Below the pieces are notes generated by a model, which ran no database searches, was not told the DNA's origin, and saw only the letters and a list, made by a program, of their open reading frames with translations. Source: an uncultured virus (IMG/VR IMGVR_UViG_3300013923_000004) (Duplodnaviria; Heunggongvirae; Uroviricota; Caudoviricetes). Taken from it: DNA of 64,000 nt. Position 1 is the stretch's first letter. Each line of letters starts with the position of its first letter. Positions 40,701 through 49,452 of this stretch are shown here, piece after piece. The stretch is taken from the IMG/VR virus record IMGVR_UViG_3300013923_000004, positions 1-64,000 of that record. One strand, given 5' to 3'. The position numbers and the translations under genes were made by a program.

Positions 40701-43079
40701 TAGCTGGGAAATCGTGGATCCGTCAGCCAGGGTCTCGATCGGCTCAGTAAGCTGGACCAGCCACTGTGCGAGGCGCATCGAACCCTCGCGCATCCGCATC
40801 TCGTAAGCGTCGAAGGCCGTCAGCTGCACTTCCTGGAACGCCGAGACAACCTGGTTCCAGTCCTTGGATAGGGTGTCCTCGATCTTCTCGCGCATGCGCT
40901 CAGCAGCGCCGGCCACGTTGTCGAGCTGGTTGCGAAGGTGCACCAGGTTGTCCGCCTGGTCGACCAGCGCTGCCACTGGCGAGGTCGCATACACACCAAC
41001 CAGGTCTTGGATCGCGCCGAGGCGCTCAGCGCCGGAGACGTTCGACAGCGCCTTGTTCAGTTGGGTAACGATGTCGACAAGGCCTCGGGTCTTGCCCTCG
41101 GCGTCCAGTACGGATATCCCGTACTGCTCCATCATCGCCGCGCCCTTCTTCGTCGGGTTCACCAGGCTGACGAACAGTCGGCGCAGCGCCGTACCGGAGC
41201 GGGACGACTTGATACCCGAGTTGGCCATCGCCTCGATAGCCGCTACGGTGTCGCGCATCGAGATGCCGGCGGTCTGCGCGGCCGGGCCGGCGTACGTCAG
41301 AGAGTTGGCCAGTTGCTCGATGGTTGTGTTCGAGTTGGTCACTGCCGTGGCCATCACGTCCACGACTTCAGTCAGTTCTCCGGCGGCCTTGCCGAACGTC
41401 ATCATCACGTTGGTGGCGATGTCAGCGGACTGGCCCATGCTGATGTTGCCGATCATGGCCAGGTCGAGCGCCGGGCGCAGTGCCAGCACGGCATCACCGG
41501 CCGACAGGCCGGCCATACCCAGCTCGCCAAGGCCTTCGGCGACCTGCGATGCGGTATAAGCGGTGCTCTGCCCCAGAGCTCGGACCTGCACCTCCATCGC
41601 GGCCATACTGCCATTGTCGGCCATCCACGCTGGACGTGAGGTAGACATGATCGCGTCGGCGCGGGCCATGGTTGCCGAGAACTCGGTACCCACTGTCACC
41701 GCACTGCGCAGGCCTGCTGCGATTGCGTAGGTCGATGAGGCGGCCACGATGGTGGCACTGGTGTACATGCCGATGCTGGTGTGCAAGCCCGCGAGGCCGG
41801 CGCGCAGCATCGCTGCCGATTGCGATCCAGTTGCTTGGGCGAGAGACAGCCTCCGCTGGGCGTTTGTCAGGCCCAGCAGCTCCGCGGTGGTCATGGCCAG
41901 GAGGCGGTTATATCGCTCCTGCTCTGCGATCTGACGGCGGGTCTGGGCGAGGTCCCGCCCATAGGTCCCGCTCAATAGGTCGCGCTGTACCTTCAAACGC
42001 TCTAGCTTGTCGATCTCCGACTGCTTGGCCCGGTTCAGCTCAAGCTGGGCCTTGCTCATGCCGTGGGCCGCGCGGGCCTCGTCCAGCAGGGAGTCAGTGG
42101 TGCGCTTGTTGGCTGCTCGCAGAGCTTCCGCCTTGGCGACGGCCTCGGCCTCCGCGCGGGTCATGCGATGCAGGCCGTTCGCCACCTCCTGCATAACCTG
42201 ATTCTTGGCCTTCAGCGAGGCAGCTTGGCGGGCCATCTGGGCGTTCTGCTCTGCCTGGGCCTGGGTCAGCGCTGATATCGACTGGCGGGCCTTGTCGTCG
42301 CCGAGGATCTGCTTGCGCCGCTCAGCGATCTGCCGCTGCAGCAGGACGATCTCCTGCTCCATTCCGCCGTGCAGGCTGGCGTACTGGCGCTCCAGCTCGT
42401 TGAGCTTTTCCCTGCGGCGCTCGTCCTCGGAAATCGCCTTGCGCGTTGCGCTCATCCGAACTTGCGCGCTGGCCAGCGCCCGGCCCTCGGCGGTGTCCAG
42501 ATTCTGGATCGCGTGCTCTAGCTCGATGGTCTTGAGCTTGCGCAGCTCGTCTGCATTCAGGATTCGCTGGTTGGTCGCCAGCTTGGCCTTCAGCCGCTGG
42601 TTGTACTGCCCCTCGGCGGTCAGAGCCGCCTGGATGGCTTTCACCAGGTACCGGTTCTGGTTGCTGAGTTCGGCCGTGATGTTGTTGGTACGCTCTGCCC
42701 ACTTGACGAAGCTGCTCTTCGCGCCGGTGTCCTTGAGCAGCCGTTCCAGCTCTTTCAGCTCGCCGTTGTACGCGCGGGCGCGCGTGGTCAGGGTCAGGTT
42801 GTCCGCCGCCAGCTTGGTGAACAAACCCTGCGCGGTTTCCCTTGAGCGCTTGACGGCTGCGCCTGCCGCCTCTGCATCCACGCCAACTCGCGTCAGCGCC
42901 GTCTCCAGGTCGCTGAAATGCTTGTGCATCTCCTTCATCAGCTTGCCGGCGGCGCCGATTGGGGCCTTGGCAGACTGCTGAACTTTGTCCAACGATTCAC
43001 CCAGCCCGCGGGTCTTGGCCTGGAATTCCGCCAGTTGCCGAAGGGCTTCAGAAAAATCTACGTCGAACTTGTTGGACAT
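37788..43079 (-). CDS. Tail tape measure protein
   Basis: 1763 aa, TP901-type core, C-terminal DDGG..GEYGPE. Confidence 0.95.
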   Translation of the reverse strand: MSNKFDVDFSEALRQLAEFQAKTRGLGESLDKVQQSAKAPIGAAGKLMKEMHKHFSDLETALTRVGVDAEAAGAAVKRSRETAQGLFTKLAADNLTLTTRARAYNGELKELERLLKDTGAKSSFVKWAERTNNITAELSNQNRYLVKAIQAALTAEGQYNQRLKAKLATNQRILNADELRKLKTIELEHAIQNLDTAEGRALASAQVRMSATRKAISEDERRREKLNELERQYASLHGGMEQEIVLLQRQIAERRKQILGDDKARQSISALTQAQAEQNAQMARQAASLKAKNQVMQEVANGLHRMTRAEAEAVAKAEALRAANKRTTDSLLDEARAAHGMSKAQLELNRAKQSEIDKLERLKVQRDLLSGTYGRDLAQTRRQIAEQERYNRLLAMTTAELLGLTNAQRRLSLAQATGSQSAAMLRAGLAGLHTSIGMYTSATIVAASSTYAIAAGLRSAVTVGTEFSATMARADAIMSTSRPAWMADNGSMAAMEVQVRALGQSTAYTASQVAEGLGELGMAGLSAGDAVLALRPALDLAMIGNISMGQSADIATNVMMTFGKAAGELTEVVDVMATAVTNSNTTIEQLANSLTYAGPAAQTAGISMRDTVAAIEAMANSGIKSSRSGTALRRLFVSLVNPTKKGAAMMEQYGISVLDAEGKTRGLVDIVTQLNKALSNVSGAERLGAIQDLVGVYATSPVAALVDQADNLVHLRNQLDNVAGAAERMREKIEDTLSKDWNQVVSAFQEVQLTAFDAYEMRMREGSMRLAQWLVQLTEPIETLADGSTISQLDMILQRAESLARVIGMLGAGFVAFKVATVGSNLVGALASDMGKLGTVYDVLKAKAGSAAVGVRAFDAASLKAAASARLQYAANHPLAASLTVVGSTARGATAALGGLSVAVGALSKALGWVGLLWGIYEAGKAAFGSDARQDIIDQRGEVDNLKSSYEQLKEEMKKVSLEKEREALRGNVKADKLSIDQLRERNATIQATLNSKGAGLDQATRDSLQAMVEANTYQITQFEKHIDATNKKLSEMGSSALDAVRVQEDQITAAQKVVETYEQYLAAKADLDAKAASGTATVQDMDGLKKAEAAWRSALTAAASTNAKIAEVKENLVSLAEISSADAAKQDQEALAKQLEKDASATQKLATARGELLRVEREISELAAQDKAAIEAGTARPGQDTYNRLSDKRAEVSKQIAELEAEADTEAQTLADARRALEDYYRTDAENLDVLKQDLEDIMLMRVINNQLIAEGGQLGAEASVAESERLKRELELRQRIDSLQERINKPGTKPGTKPRKSETEAELERNLKQAQSSYDALRKQADPLSASLEEVNEKTKQLELLHKHGKITAEQKAKAIWQLRKAHYELAIEQNNNYQSLEKLRDSYLDSPFSETLDDMNELNRLLKENNVSLAEYKRIKESIKERAVESATNGLPKANLQLGEASSTPFTDWMNTEIERAQGFQQFGKRKDDLFTGYENDVDRINREFEVRQAALDAEMLQRSEHAERLKQLEQEKNSALLAAHEQFGQASMAIDKARADYSEQMGQMVMISMLGSAQNILGMFASVGEDATTAQKAAFVAQKALAVAQILMYTHLAAAQAMAIPGDFTKVMGIPLASLITAQGYASAALVGGLAIAQVSGKGGGSTYSGAYDDGGFIPYNSYGIVGEYGPEIVHGPANVTGREKSAKKLGSGQEFNITLAPHITVEAGGDSSGGSTKESEAKARELAETLKTSVVATMRNEMRPGGTLDTWIKQQRKA

Positions 43080-43082
43080 ACG

Positions 43083-43418
43083 TTACCTGCGAGGGGTAGG
43101 ACGGGGCAGCTTTTTCGGCCTGGGCGCCTCCGGCGTGCGCTCTTTGGCTTTTGCGTAGTGGTCGTACAGAACGCCGTTGTCGGTCTCTTCCATCGTCCGG
43201 AAAAACAGCGGTCTAAGGTCTTGCTCCAAGTTCAGGACGTGGTCAGCGAACTGGGCCATCTCCTGGTACTGCAGCGGTTGGTACCCGTGCTCGGCGTGCT
43301 GCCGCCTCCTGTGCAGGCGAAAGAACGCATCTACCAGCCACATGACACCTGCCGGTGGATCCACGAAGTCCTCGAGGGCCGGGTGTTTTCTCCCGAACTT
43401 CTCCTCGAGGGCCTTCAT
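43083..43418 (-). CDS. Tail assembly chaperone T part, reached by -1 frameshift
   Basis: Lies in the -1 frame of the upstream G gene, directly before the tape measure gene. Confidence 0.75.
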   Translation of the reverse strand: MKALEEKFGRKHPALEDFVDPPAGVMWLVDAFFRLHRRRQHAEHGYQPLQYQEMAQFADHVLNLEQDLRPLFFRTMEETDNGVLYDHYAKAKERTPEAPRPKKLPRPTPRR

Positions 43419-43447
43419 TGCCTTCAGCCCTTTCGCGCCATGCGTGA

Positions 43448-43870
43448 TCAGGAAGCGGCAGAATCCTTTACCGACTCAGCTGCCTCTGCCTCTGCCTTTT
43501 CGCGGAAGTTGCCGCGGTTCAGCGAGAAGTTCTCAACGAACTGCGCCAGGTCTCGGAATCGCGGATCGAGCAGGTATTCGTGGCCGACCTTCGGGGAGTA
43601 CGCCAGGGGCTTGCCGCCTTTGGTTACGTTTTCCCAGTCCAGCAGCACGGTCTCGGCCAGAACCTTGGCGTTGATCTCGTTGGCAATGCGGTCGCTGTCG
43701 TCTGTGCCGGCAGTCAGCTCATCCCACTGCTCAAGGGTCAGCTTGGCGCGTAGGGCGTTGGCCTTGTTCGTGTTGTGGCGCGCGATCTTGAGCCGGGCGC
43801 CCATGAAGGTTGCCCAGACGCCTTCTTCCGCGGCGATTGGGTCTACAGCGAGGCTGTCGATATCCAGCAT
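43448..43870 (-). CDS. Tail assembly chaperone G
   Basis: Between major tail and tape measure genes; LLDWENV..YS. Confidence 0.8.
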   Translation of the reverse strand: MLDIDSLAVDPIAAEEGVWATFMGARLKIARHNTNKANALRAKLTLEQWDELTAGTDDSDRIANEINAKVLAETVLLDWENVTKGGKPLAYSPKVGHEYLLDPRFRDLAQFVENFSLNRGNFREKAEAEAAESVKDSAAS

Positions 43871-43946
43871 GTGATTTCCTTGGTCGTGCTTATGAAGATG
43901 GCCGTCATCCTACTGGATGGACGGCCATATTTACAGCTTTCCGTAT

Positions 43947-44981
43947 TTACGGTTTGGCGACGTAGGTGATAGCCACGGCGCAGACACGCTGCACGCCACC
44001 GATCTTTACGGTGCCCTTCTCAGCCGTCAAGGTGATTGAGGTCTTGTAGTCCTGGTTCTCGCCGTCAGCGCTGTTCGACGGGCTCTGCGCCACGAGGTTC
44101 GGCAGGTAGATCGTGTACGTGCCCTCCGCCGTATCGACGGTCATTTCGCCGGACAGACGCTTGTTCTTCATGTGTGCGTCCAGCACGGTCTGGTCGTAGT
44201 AGTAGATCTCGCCGGACAGCGCGACGCCTACCTTACCCATACCCACGCCAGCCGCGAACTCGAAGCCCAGGCCGGACTGCTCGCGGACGTTGTTCTGGAT
44301 CTGCAGCGATGCGTCCGAGAACACAACTTCCAGGGCCTTGCCCGCCGGATCCTTGAGGATCAGGTTCTTCAGGTTGTTGGAGCTGTCGGCGATCTCATAG
44401 TCAGCCGGTACCGCTTTCGCAGTTGCGATACTGCCGCCGAGGCCGTTGGCGCCTGCAGCCGCCTTGCCGTAATCGGCGAACATCGAAATGGTGTTCAGTG
44501 CCATGGTGATCAGCTCGCCGTCGCCGAACTCCAGGGTGAAGTCGTTGACCATGGTGCCGTAATAGCGCTCATGGAACAGCATGTCGGTGGCATCCGGCCC
44601 GCTCTTGGCCGTCTTCTCCACCGCCATGAACTTCTTGATGTCGCCGTCGGTGATGAACACGCCCTTGGTGGTGTCCAGTCCATCGACCGGAGCCCACTCG
44701 TTCATCAGCCCCAGCGACAGCATGTCCTGGATGAACGGCGTGGCGCCGAACTCCATGGTGACCGCACCGGATGCGCTGCCTTTGGTGTTCTTGGAGTTGC
44801 TCTGGCGGCGATCGTTGGTGATCGCAGTGGAGGTTTTCGCCTCCTTGGCCATGTTGAACCCTTCGGTGGTGAAGGGGATGTAGTTGAACGTCTGGCCGGC
44901 GAACTCGGCGGCAGTGGTTCCGTCACCGATCGCGTATGCCAGCGAAACGGCGGAGGTATCGGTAAAGCTCTTGACTGGCAT
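43947..44981 (-). CDS. Major tail tube protein
   Basis: Position, strong codon bias, RYYGTMVNDFTL motif. Confidence 0.82.
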   Translation of the reverse strand: MPVKSFTDTSAVSLAYAIGDGTTAAEFAGQTFNYIPFTTEGFNMAKEAKTSTAITNDRRQSNSKNTKGSASGAVTMEFGATPFIQDMLSLGLMNEWAPVDGLDTTKGVFITDGDIKKFMAVEKTAKSGPDATDMLFHERYYGTMVNDFTLEFGDGELITMALNTISMFADYGKAAAGANGLGGSIATAKAVPADYEIADSSNNLKNLILKDPAGKALEVVFSDASLQIQNNVREQSGLGFEFAAGVGMGKVGVALSGEIYYYDQTVLDAHMKNKRLSGEMTVDTAEGTYTIYLPNLVAQSPSNSADGENQDYKTSITLTAEKGTVKIGGVQRVCAVAITYVAKP

Positions 44982-44985
44982 AGGG

Positions 44986-45420
44986 TTACCCTCTCGAGAT
45001 GTCAAAATCAAAGTTGAGCACGCCGCTGTACGACGTGAAGCCCATCACCTTCGTCGTGCTCAACGGGGTGAAGGTACGAAACCGGATACCCCGGATCGTC
45101 TGTTCTGCGAACCAGTTGGAGACCTCCTCCAGCCGTCGCTTGTTTGGTATCTCCCGCATGCTGTCCTTGGTCAGCAAGCTGACCACCAACTCCCCCCGGC
45201 AGCGGGTCGGAGAGACTGCACTGGCGCCGGCCCGCTTGGTGTCGGCAATCTCTGCCTCGAACAGAAAGAACTCCTCGTTCTGATCGAACAGTGGGCCGGC
45301 CTGTAGGTCGCCAACGTCAGCGTCGTCGGTGAAACTGAACGCGAACCGGGTCCCTGGCGCGACCTGTTCAAACACGATCTCGCGGATGAAGGCGAGCGAA
45401 TCAGTCATGGACTGCAGCAT
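44986..45420 (-). CDS. Putative tail terminator/completion protein
   Basis: Size and position. Confidence 0.55.
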   Translation of the reverse strand: MLQSMTDSLAFIREIVFEQVAPGTRFAFSFTDDADVGDLQAGPLFDQNEEFFLFEAEIADTKRAGASAVSPTRCRGELVVSLLTKDSMREIPNKRRLEEVSNWFAEQTIRGIRFRTFTPLSTTKVMGFTSYSGVLNFDFDISRG

Positions 45421-45947
45421 CAGAGCGGTACCTTTCTCGTGTTGCCGGCGATGATCCGGCGGGCCGCGGCGGCGATGGTTCGATTCACCGCCTCTTTACC
45501 GGCTTCGGCGATGTTGGCGTTCGTGGAATAGCCCTCGTCCGCTCCGACCGCGTTGTAGAAGTAGAAGCGAAACTCAGGGCGGCGGCCTGAGACCAGGTCG
45601 TCCAGCACCTCTTTCAGCTCGCGTTCACGGACAAACCTCACCGTCGCCGGCAGATTCTTTCCGCCGTCCCGGCGGAACCCAACTGGGGGAATCGGATCCC
45701 GACCACCTTTGGTGCCTCGCAAATCCCTAATGCGCCCGAGCCGTCGTTGCCACGGGCGGCTTTTGCTCTCCCCTGCAAGCATCCAGTGAGCAGCGGCGTT
45801 GGAGGAGTCGTGTTTGGTCGACCGTATCGCCATCTCCAACCCTTCCAGCAGAGCGGATCGGATGGCGCGGTTGAACAGCTGCCCTACGGCATCTGCCAGC
45901 TGGTTTGCCTGTCCTGAGAAGCGCTTATCGCCGGCCATCACTGACAC
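45420..45947 (-). CDS. Putative neck/tail completion protein
   Basis: TKHDSSNAAAHW resembles the HK97 gp10-like motif; position. Confidence 0.55.
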   Translation of the reverse strand: MSVMAGDKRFSGQANQLADAVGQLFNRAIRSALLEGLEMAIRSTKHDSSNAAAHWMLAGESKSRPWQRRLGRIRDLRGTKGGRDPIPPVGFRRDGGKNLPATVRFVRERELKEVLDDLVSGRRPEFRFYFYNAVGADEGYSTNANIAEAGKEAVNRTIAAAARRIIAGNTRKVPL

Positions 45948-46867
45948 CTCAGGATGTACTGGCGCTCGCCTGGCTGCGTGGAGACCTGGCGGATAATCCG
46001 GCGCTTGCCCTCAATCTCCAGCGACATGGTCGAAGGAACTGGGCGCATCCCGATGTGGGCCTTATCGATCACCACTTCGAAGTAGCTCTCAGAATCCTCC
46101 GCCCATAGCGCAAAATCGCGGTACTTGGTGAGCACGCCCGTGACGTTGAACGATGCAGTGGTCAGGTCCCACTGGTGGGTGGTCCGGTTGTAGACCTTCT
46201 CGCCGTCGACATGCAGCACAAAGTCGAGCCGATGGTCTGGCTCCTCATCCACGCGCAGGCCGGCAAGGCCGCTGTCCGGGAATGTGTCCACAACTCGGTA
46301 GCGCTTGCCGTGAAGTTCAAGGAAATCCCACTCCTCACACTTGATGTGCGCCGGCAGGAAGGCGAAGAAATTCTCCACCTTGACCTCGTAGGTGTCCGCT
46401 TCGTTGGCGCTTGTGCGGAACTCCAGGTCCACGAACGCCTTGGCCACCTGTTGCTCAACCAACCAGCCTGGGTCGTTGGACGGGCCTACCGGGGACTTCC
46501 GGTAAATCGTGGCCAGCCCCGCGCTTCCGTTCGGCTCGTCGGTGGCCAGGTGGCACACCGTCAGGTCAACGTACGGCTGGCCGTCAAGCGCATCAGACCG
46601 CGTCTGGCCGAGCAGGTAGACCTGCCCTGTGCCTGGGTGGCGGAACGTCCTGCTGGCCGGAAAGGTGGTGCCGAACTCGGTGTAGAGCATCCGCCGGCGC
46701 AGGGGCTTGTTGAAGTTCGACAGGAACCGGTCGGTCAGGTCGATACGGCCAATGAAGCCTGGGACGAACGACTCAGTGGTCTCGTCCCATGCCTCCATCG
46801 GCTCGGTGATCTTCTTCGCTGCGATCTTGTTAAGAAACATCGCTGCGAGCCTCGGTAACTGGGTCAC
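45938..46867 (-). CDS. Putative head-closure or virion structural protein
   Basis: Position in the head-tail cluster. Confidence 0.5.
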   Translation of the reverse strand: MTQLPRLAAMFLNKIAAKKITEPMEAWDETTESFVPGFIGRIDLTDRFLSNFNKPLRRRMLYTEFGTTFPASRTFRHPGTGQVYLLGQTRSDALDGQPYVDLTVCHLATDEPNGSAGLATIYRKSPVGPSNDPGWLVEQQVAKAFVDLEFRTSANEADTYEVKVENFFAFLPAHIKCEEWDFLELHGKRYRVVDTFPDSGLAGLRVDEEPDHRLDFVLHVDGEKVYNRTTHQWDLTTASFNVTGVLTKYRDFALWAEDSESYFEVVIDKAHIGMRPVPSTMSLEIEGKRRIIRQVSTQPGERQYILRCQ

Positions 46868-47324
46868 GCGCCGGCGCTACGCGGGAAACGAAGGTCAGCG
46901 AGCTGTCCACCGGCGCAACGCTCAGCAGGTCCAGGAGTTTCTCCCGGTACTGCGAGGCCTTGGAAAGCATCGCCTTCTGGAGCCACAGGAAGCCCTCAGA
47001 ATCCCCTCTCTGCCCTTCGTTGGAGCCATCCGAGGTCTTGGTGAGCACGAACACAGGTGCGGTGGCCGCAACCTGGGCCGCACAGAAATACTTGGAGAAC
47101 AGCTTCAGCAAGCGATAACGCTTGGTGTCCTCCTCGCTGGCGGTGTCTGCAGAGCCTGCCGCGGACATCGCCTTCCAGTCGCCTGCCCAGTCGTCGAGAT
47201 CGACAGCCAAGTCGTCCTCCAGGCCGTAGGAAGCCAGCACCTCGTCAGGCAGGTCTGCCTGAGAGACGGTGAGCACACCTCGGATCTGGTCGAACGTGGT
47301 CAAACTGAACAGGCTCATGGTCAC
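46830..47324 (-). CDS. Putative head-tail adaptor
   Basis: Size and position. Confidence 0.5.
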   Translation of the reverse strand: MTMSLFSLTTFDQIRGVLTVSQADLPDEVLASYGLEDDLAVDLDDWAGDWKAMSAAGSADTASEEDTKRYRLLKLFSKYFCAAQVAATAPVFVLTKTSDGSNEGQRGDSEGFLWLQKAMLSKASQYREKLLDLLSVAPVDSSLTFVSRVAPARDPVTEARSDVS

Positions 47325-47689
47325 ACTCGCTTCAGCAGCCGGGCTTTAATCTGGTTGGCCAGCCACCCGTCGTTCAGCAGGGCTTTCTCGGCCTTCGGGC
47401 CGATAGACAGGCCGGTCGAGTGCTGGAACAGGGTCGAATGAGTCAGGTTGACCACCTTGACCAGAACCAGGTCTTCGCCCTTCTCAGCTGCCTTGGCTTC
47501 TTCCTCGGCCTTTGCCGCTTCGGCTGCCTTGGCTTCTTCCTCGGCCTTTGCCGCTTCGGCTGCCTTGGCTTCTTCCTCGGCCTTTGCCGCTTCGGCTGCC
47601 TTGGCTTCTTCCTCGGCCTTTGCCGCTTCGGCTGCCAGCGCAGCTTCCGCCGCTGCCAGCTCCGACGCTTCACTTTTCTTCAAAGCCAT
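47321..47689 (-). CDS. Virion-cluster protein with Ala/Glu/Lys repeats
   Basis: (AAEAAKAEEEAK) x4; AAGGAG RBS. Confidence 0.7.
   Translation of the reverse strand: MALKKSEASELAAAEAALAAEAAKAEEEAKAAEAAKAEEEAKAAEAAKAEEEAKAAEAAKAEEEAKAAEKGEDLVLVKVVNLTHSTLFQHSTGLSIGPKAEKALLNDGWLANQIKARLLKRV
47488..47635. repeat. 36-bp tandem repeat, about 4 copies, in frame
   Basis: Unit CTGCCTTGGCTTCTTCCTCGGCCTTTGCCGCTTCGG. Confidence 0.9.
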
Positions 47690-47735
47690 AATTGCTCTCC
47701 TTGGAGCGGGGCCGGCCGGAGCCGGCCCCGATCAG

Positions 47736-48917
47736 TTACGCCTCGAGGCTGACTACCGACCACGCCTCGTCGTACAGGCGGGTGGACATCTCGCCGAAGT
47801 CGACGCGGAAGCCGGTCGCCTTGCGCATCACGTACTCTTCGATCGCGTCGTAGGAAGCCGACACGTTGACGAAACGCTGGATCGCGTAGCGCGGGTCCAG
47901 GCCGACCAGGTGCGCGGCGCCGAACACGTCAGCGTCCACCGGCACGATGCGAGGCTGGGTGATACCCAGGTTCAGACCGCCCCACGGTGCAGCGATCTTG
48001 GACGAGTCGGTACCGGTGACCTTCGGCAGCAGGGCGTCATCGATGTCGATGGCGGTGTCGATGTCGGTCAGCACCTGGCTCAGGTTGCAGATCTTCTGCT
48101 TGCTGTGCAGCCACTTGATGAAGGCGCGCTTGGTGATCACACCGTTGGTGGTGATCGAGCTGTCGAACTCGCTGATCTTGGTGACTGGCAGGGCGCTGAT
48201 GCCGGCGTCGACGTCGCCCTGGACCATGGACTTCAGCTGCTCCATGGCGCGGCGGATACGGTCACCACGGGACTGCGCTTCCATGACTGTGCGAACCAGG
48301 TCGATGGTGGTGGCGGCCATGGCCTCGTCGGAGATCATCAGACCAATCGAGTTGGTCGGGATGCGGTACGACTTGTCGCCCGTGGTGATGGAGATCATGG
48401 TCTCCGGCTCCGCCAGCTGGGCGATGCGACCACTGCGGCTGCCTTCCGGCGCGGTGGTGTCGATGATCGGCTGGTCGGCCTTGGTGCCGTTGATGTTGCG
48501 GCTGACACCGATCAGGCTTTCCCAGATCGCCAGAATGTCGCTGCCGTCGTCACGCAGGGCGTTGGCCTGCATGGTTTCCAGGATCAGCTGCGGGTACAGC
48601 AGGCGGGCGCCCAGGCTGTTGTCGCTGCCGTCCGGGCGGCGGAAGCCGTCGGCCAGCTGGGCCTTGGCGATGTCCTGCAGGGTCATCGCCGGCATGCCGA
48701 ACTTCTGGCCGTCGAGCAGGCCGGAGTTGGCGTACATCTGGTCCAGCGGGTCGCCCATGCTGCGGTCCCAATCGGACGCCAGGTGCTTGACGTACTGACG
48801 CAGGGTCATGCCCTTCTCAGCTGCGTGCTTGTAGGCCTCGACGGTGACGTCGACTGACTTCAGGACTTTGCCGCCCTTCTCGTCCTTGGCCCAGTATTCG
48901 AGTTTGAATGGTTTCAT
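47736..48917 (-). CDS. Major capsid protein
   Basis: 393 aa, extreme codon bias, follows protease and decoration genes; RIAQLAEP, GLMISDE. Confidence 0.85.
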   Translation of the reverse strand: MKPFKLEYWAKDEKGGKVLKSVDVTVEAYKHAAEKGMTLRQYVKHLASDWDRSMGDPLDQMYANSGLLDGQKFGMPAMTLQDIAKAQLADGFRRPDGSDNSLGARLLYPQLILETMQANALRDDGSDILAIWESLIGVSRNINGTKADQPIIDTTAPEGSRSGRIAQLAEPETMISITTGDKSYRIPTNSIGLMISDEAMAATTIDLVRTVMEAQSRGDRIRRAMEQLKSMVQGDVDAGISALPVTKISEFDSSITTNGVITKRAFIKWLHSKQKICNLSQVLTDIDTAIDIDDALLPKVTGTDSSKIAAPWGGLNLGITQPRIVPVDADVFGAAHLVGLDPRYAIQRFVNVSASYDAIEEYVMRKATGFRVDFGEMSTRLYDEAWSVVSLEA

Positions 48918-48946
48918 ACTGACTTTTTCCTGTATATCTGGGGGTT

Positions 48947-48972
48947 AGCAGACCTGTAAATACAGGTCTGCT
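48947..48972. promoter_or_regulatory. Dispersed motif copy with extended arms, upstream of the capsid gene
   Basis: AGCAGACCTGTA-AA-TACAGGTCTGCT. Confidence 0.75.
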
Positions 48973-48981
48973 TGCCAAGTT

Positions 48982-49437
48982 TTAGAGCAGTTCGAGGACG
49001 ACAGTGGTGCCGGCCAGGCCGGTACCTTTGACGTTCATCACCCGGTACTTGTGGGTGGCCGGGGTGCCGGTCTTGACCTGCGCCTTGCCGGCAGTGCCGA
49101 TCGCCAGCTGGTCATCGGCAACCACCAGGTCGCCTACGGCCACCGGCGTTGCGCCCTGACCTGCACCCACTTGAGCCTCGACCCGGAAGCCGCGGTTCCC
49201 GCGCGCCACACCGCCGAAGGAGAAGCCACCGGAGGTAGCCGCCTCGACGCTGTCGATGAACCCTTCGATCTCGTCGCCTGCCACGCACAGGACGTGGTTG
49301 CCGACCGGACCCAACTTGACAGCCTTGCGCTTGTCCTTGTCGGTGTACTTGGTAGCGGCATCGGGGCCGAGCTTGGTGGCGATGACGTTCAGTCGCTCAG
49401 GACTGTGAGTCAGCACATTGAATTCGAAATCAGCCAT
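48982..49437 (-). CDS. Head decoration/capsid cement protein
   Basis: Gly/Ala-rich, 151 aa, between protease and capsid genes. Confidence 0.7.
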   Translation of the reverse strand: MADFEFNVLTHSPERLNVIATKLGPDAATKYTDKDKRKAVKLGPVGNHVLCVAGDEIEGFIDSVEAATSGGFSFGGVARGNRGFRVEAQVGAGQGATPVAVGDLVVADDQLAIGTAGKAQVKTGTPATHKYRVMNVKGTGLAGTTVVLELL

Positions 49438-49452
49438 GGCTGGCCTCCTCAG

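Noticed and set aside
47708..47729. Terminator after the capsid gene
   Set aside because: Strong GC hairpin but no U-tract; more likely a stability or pause element
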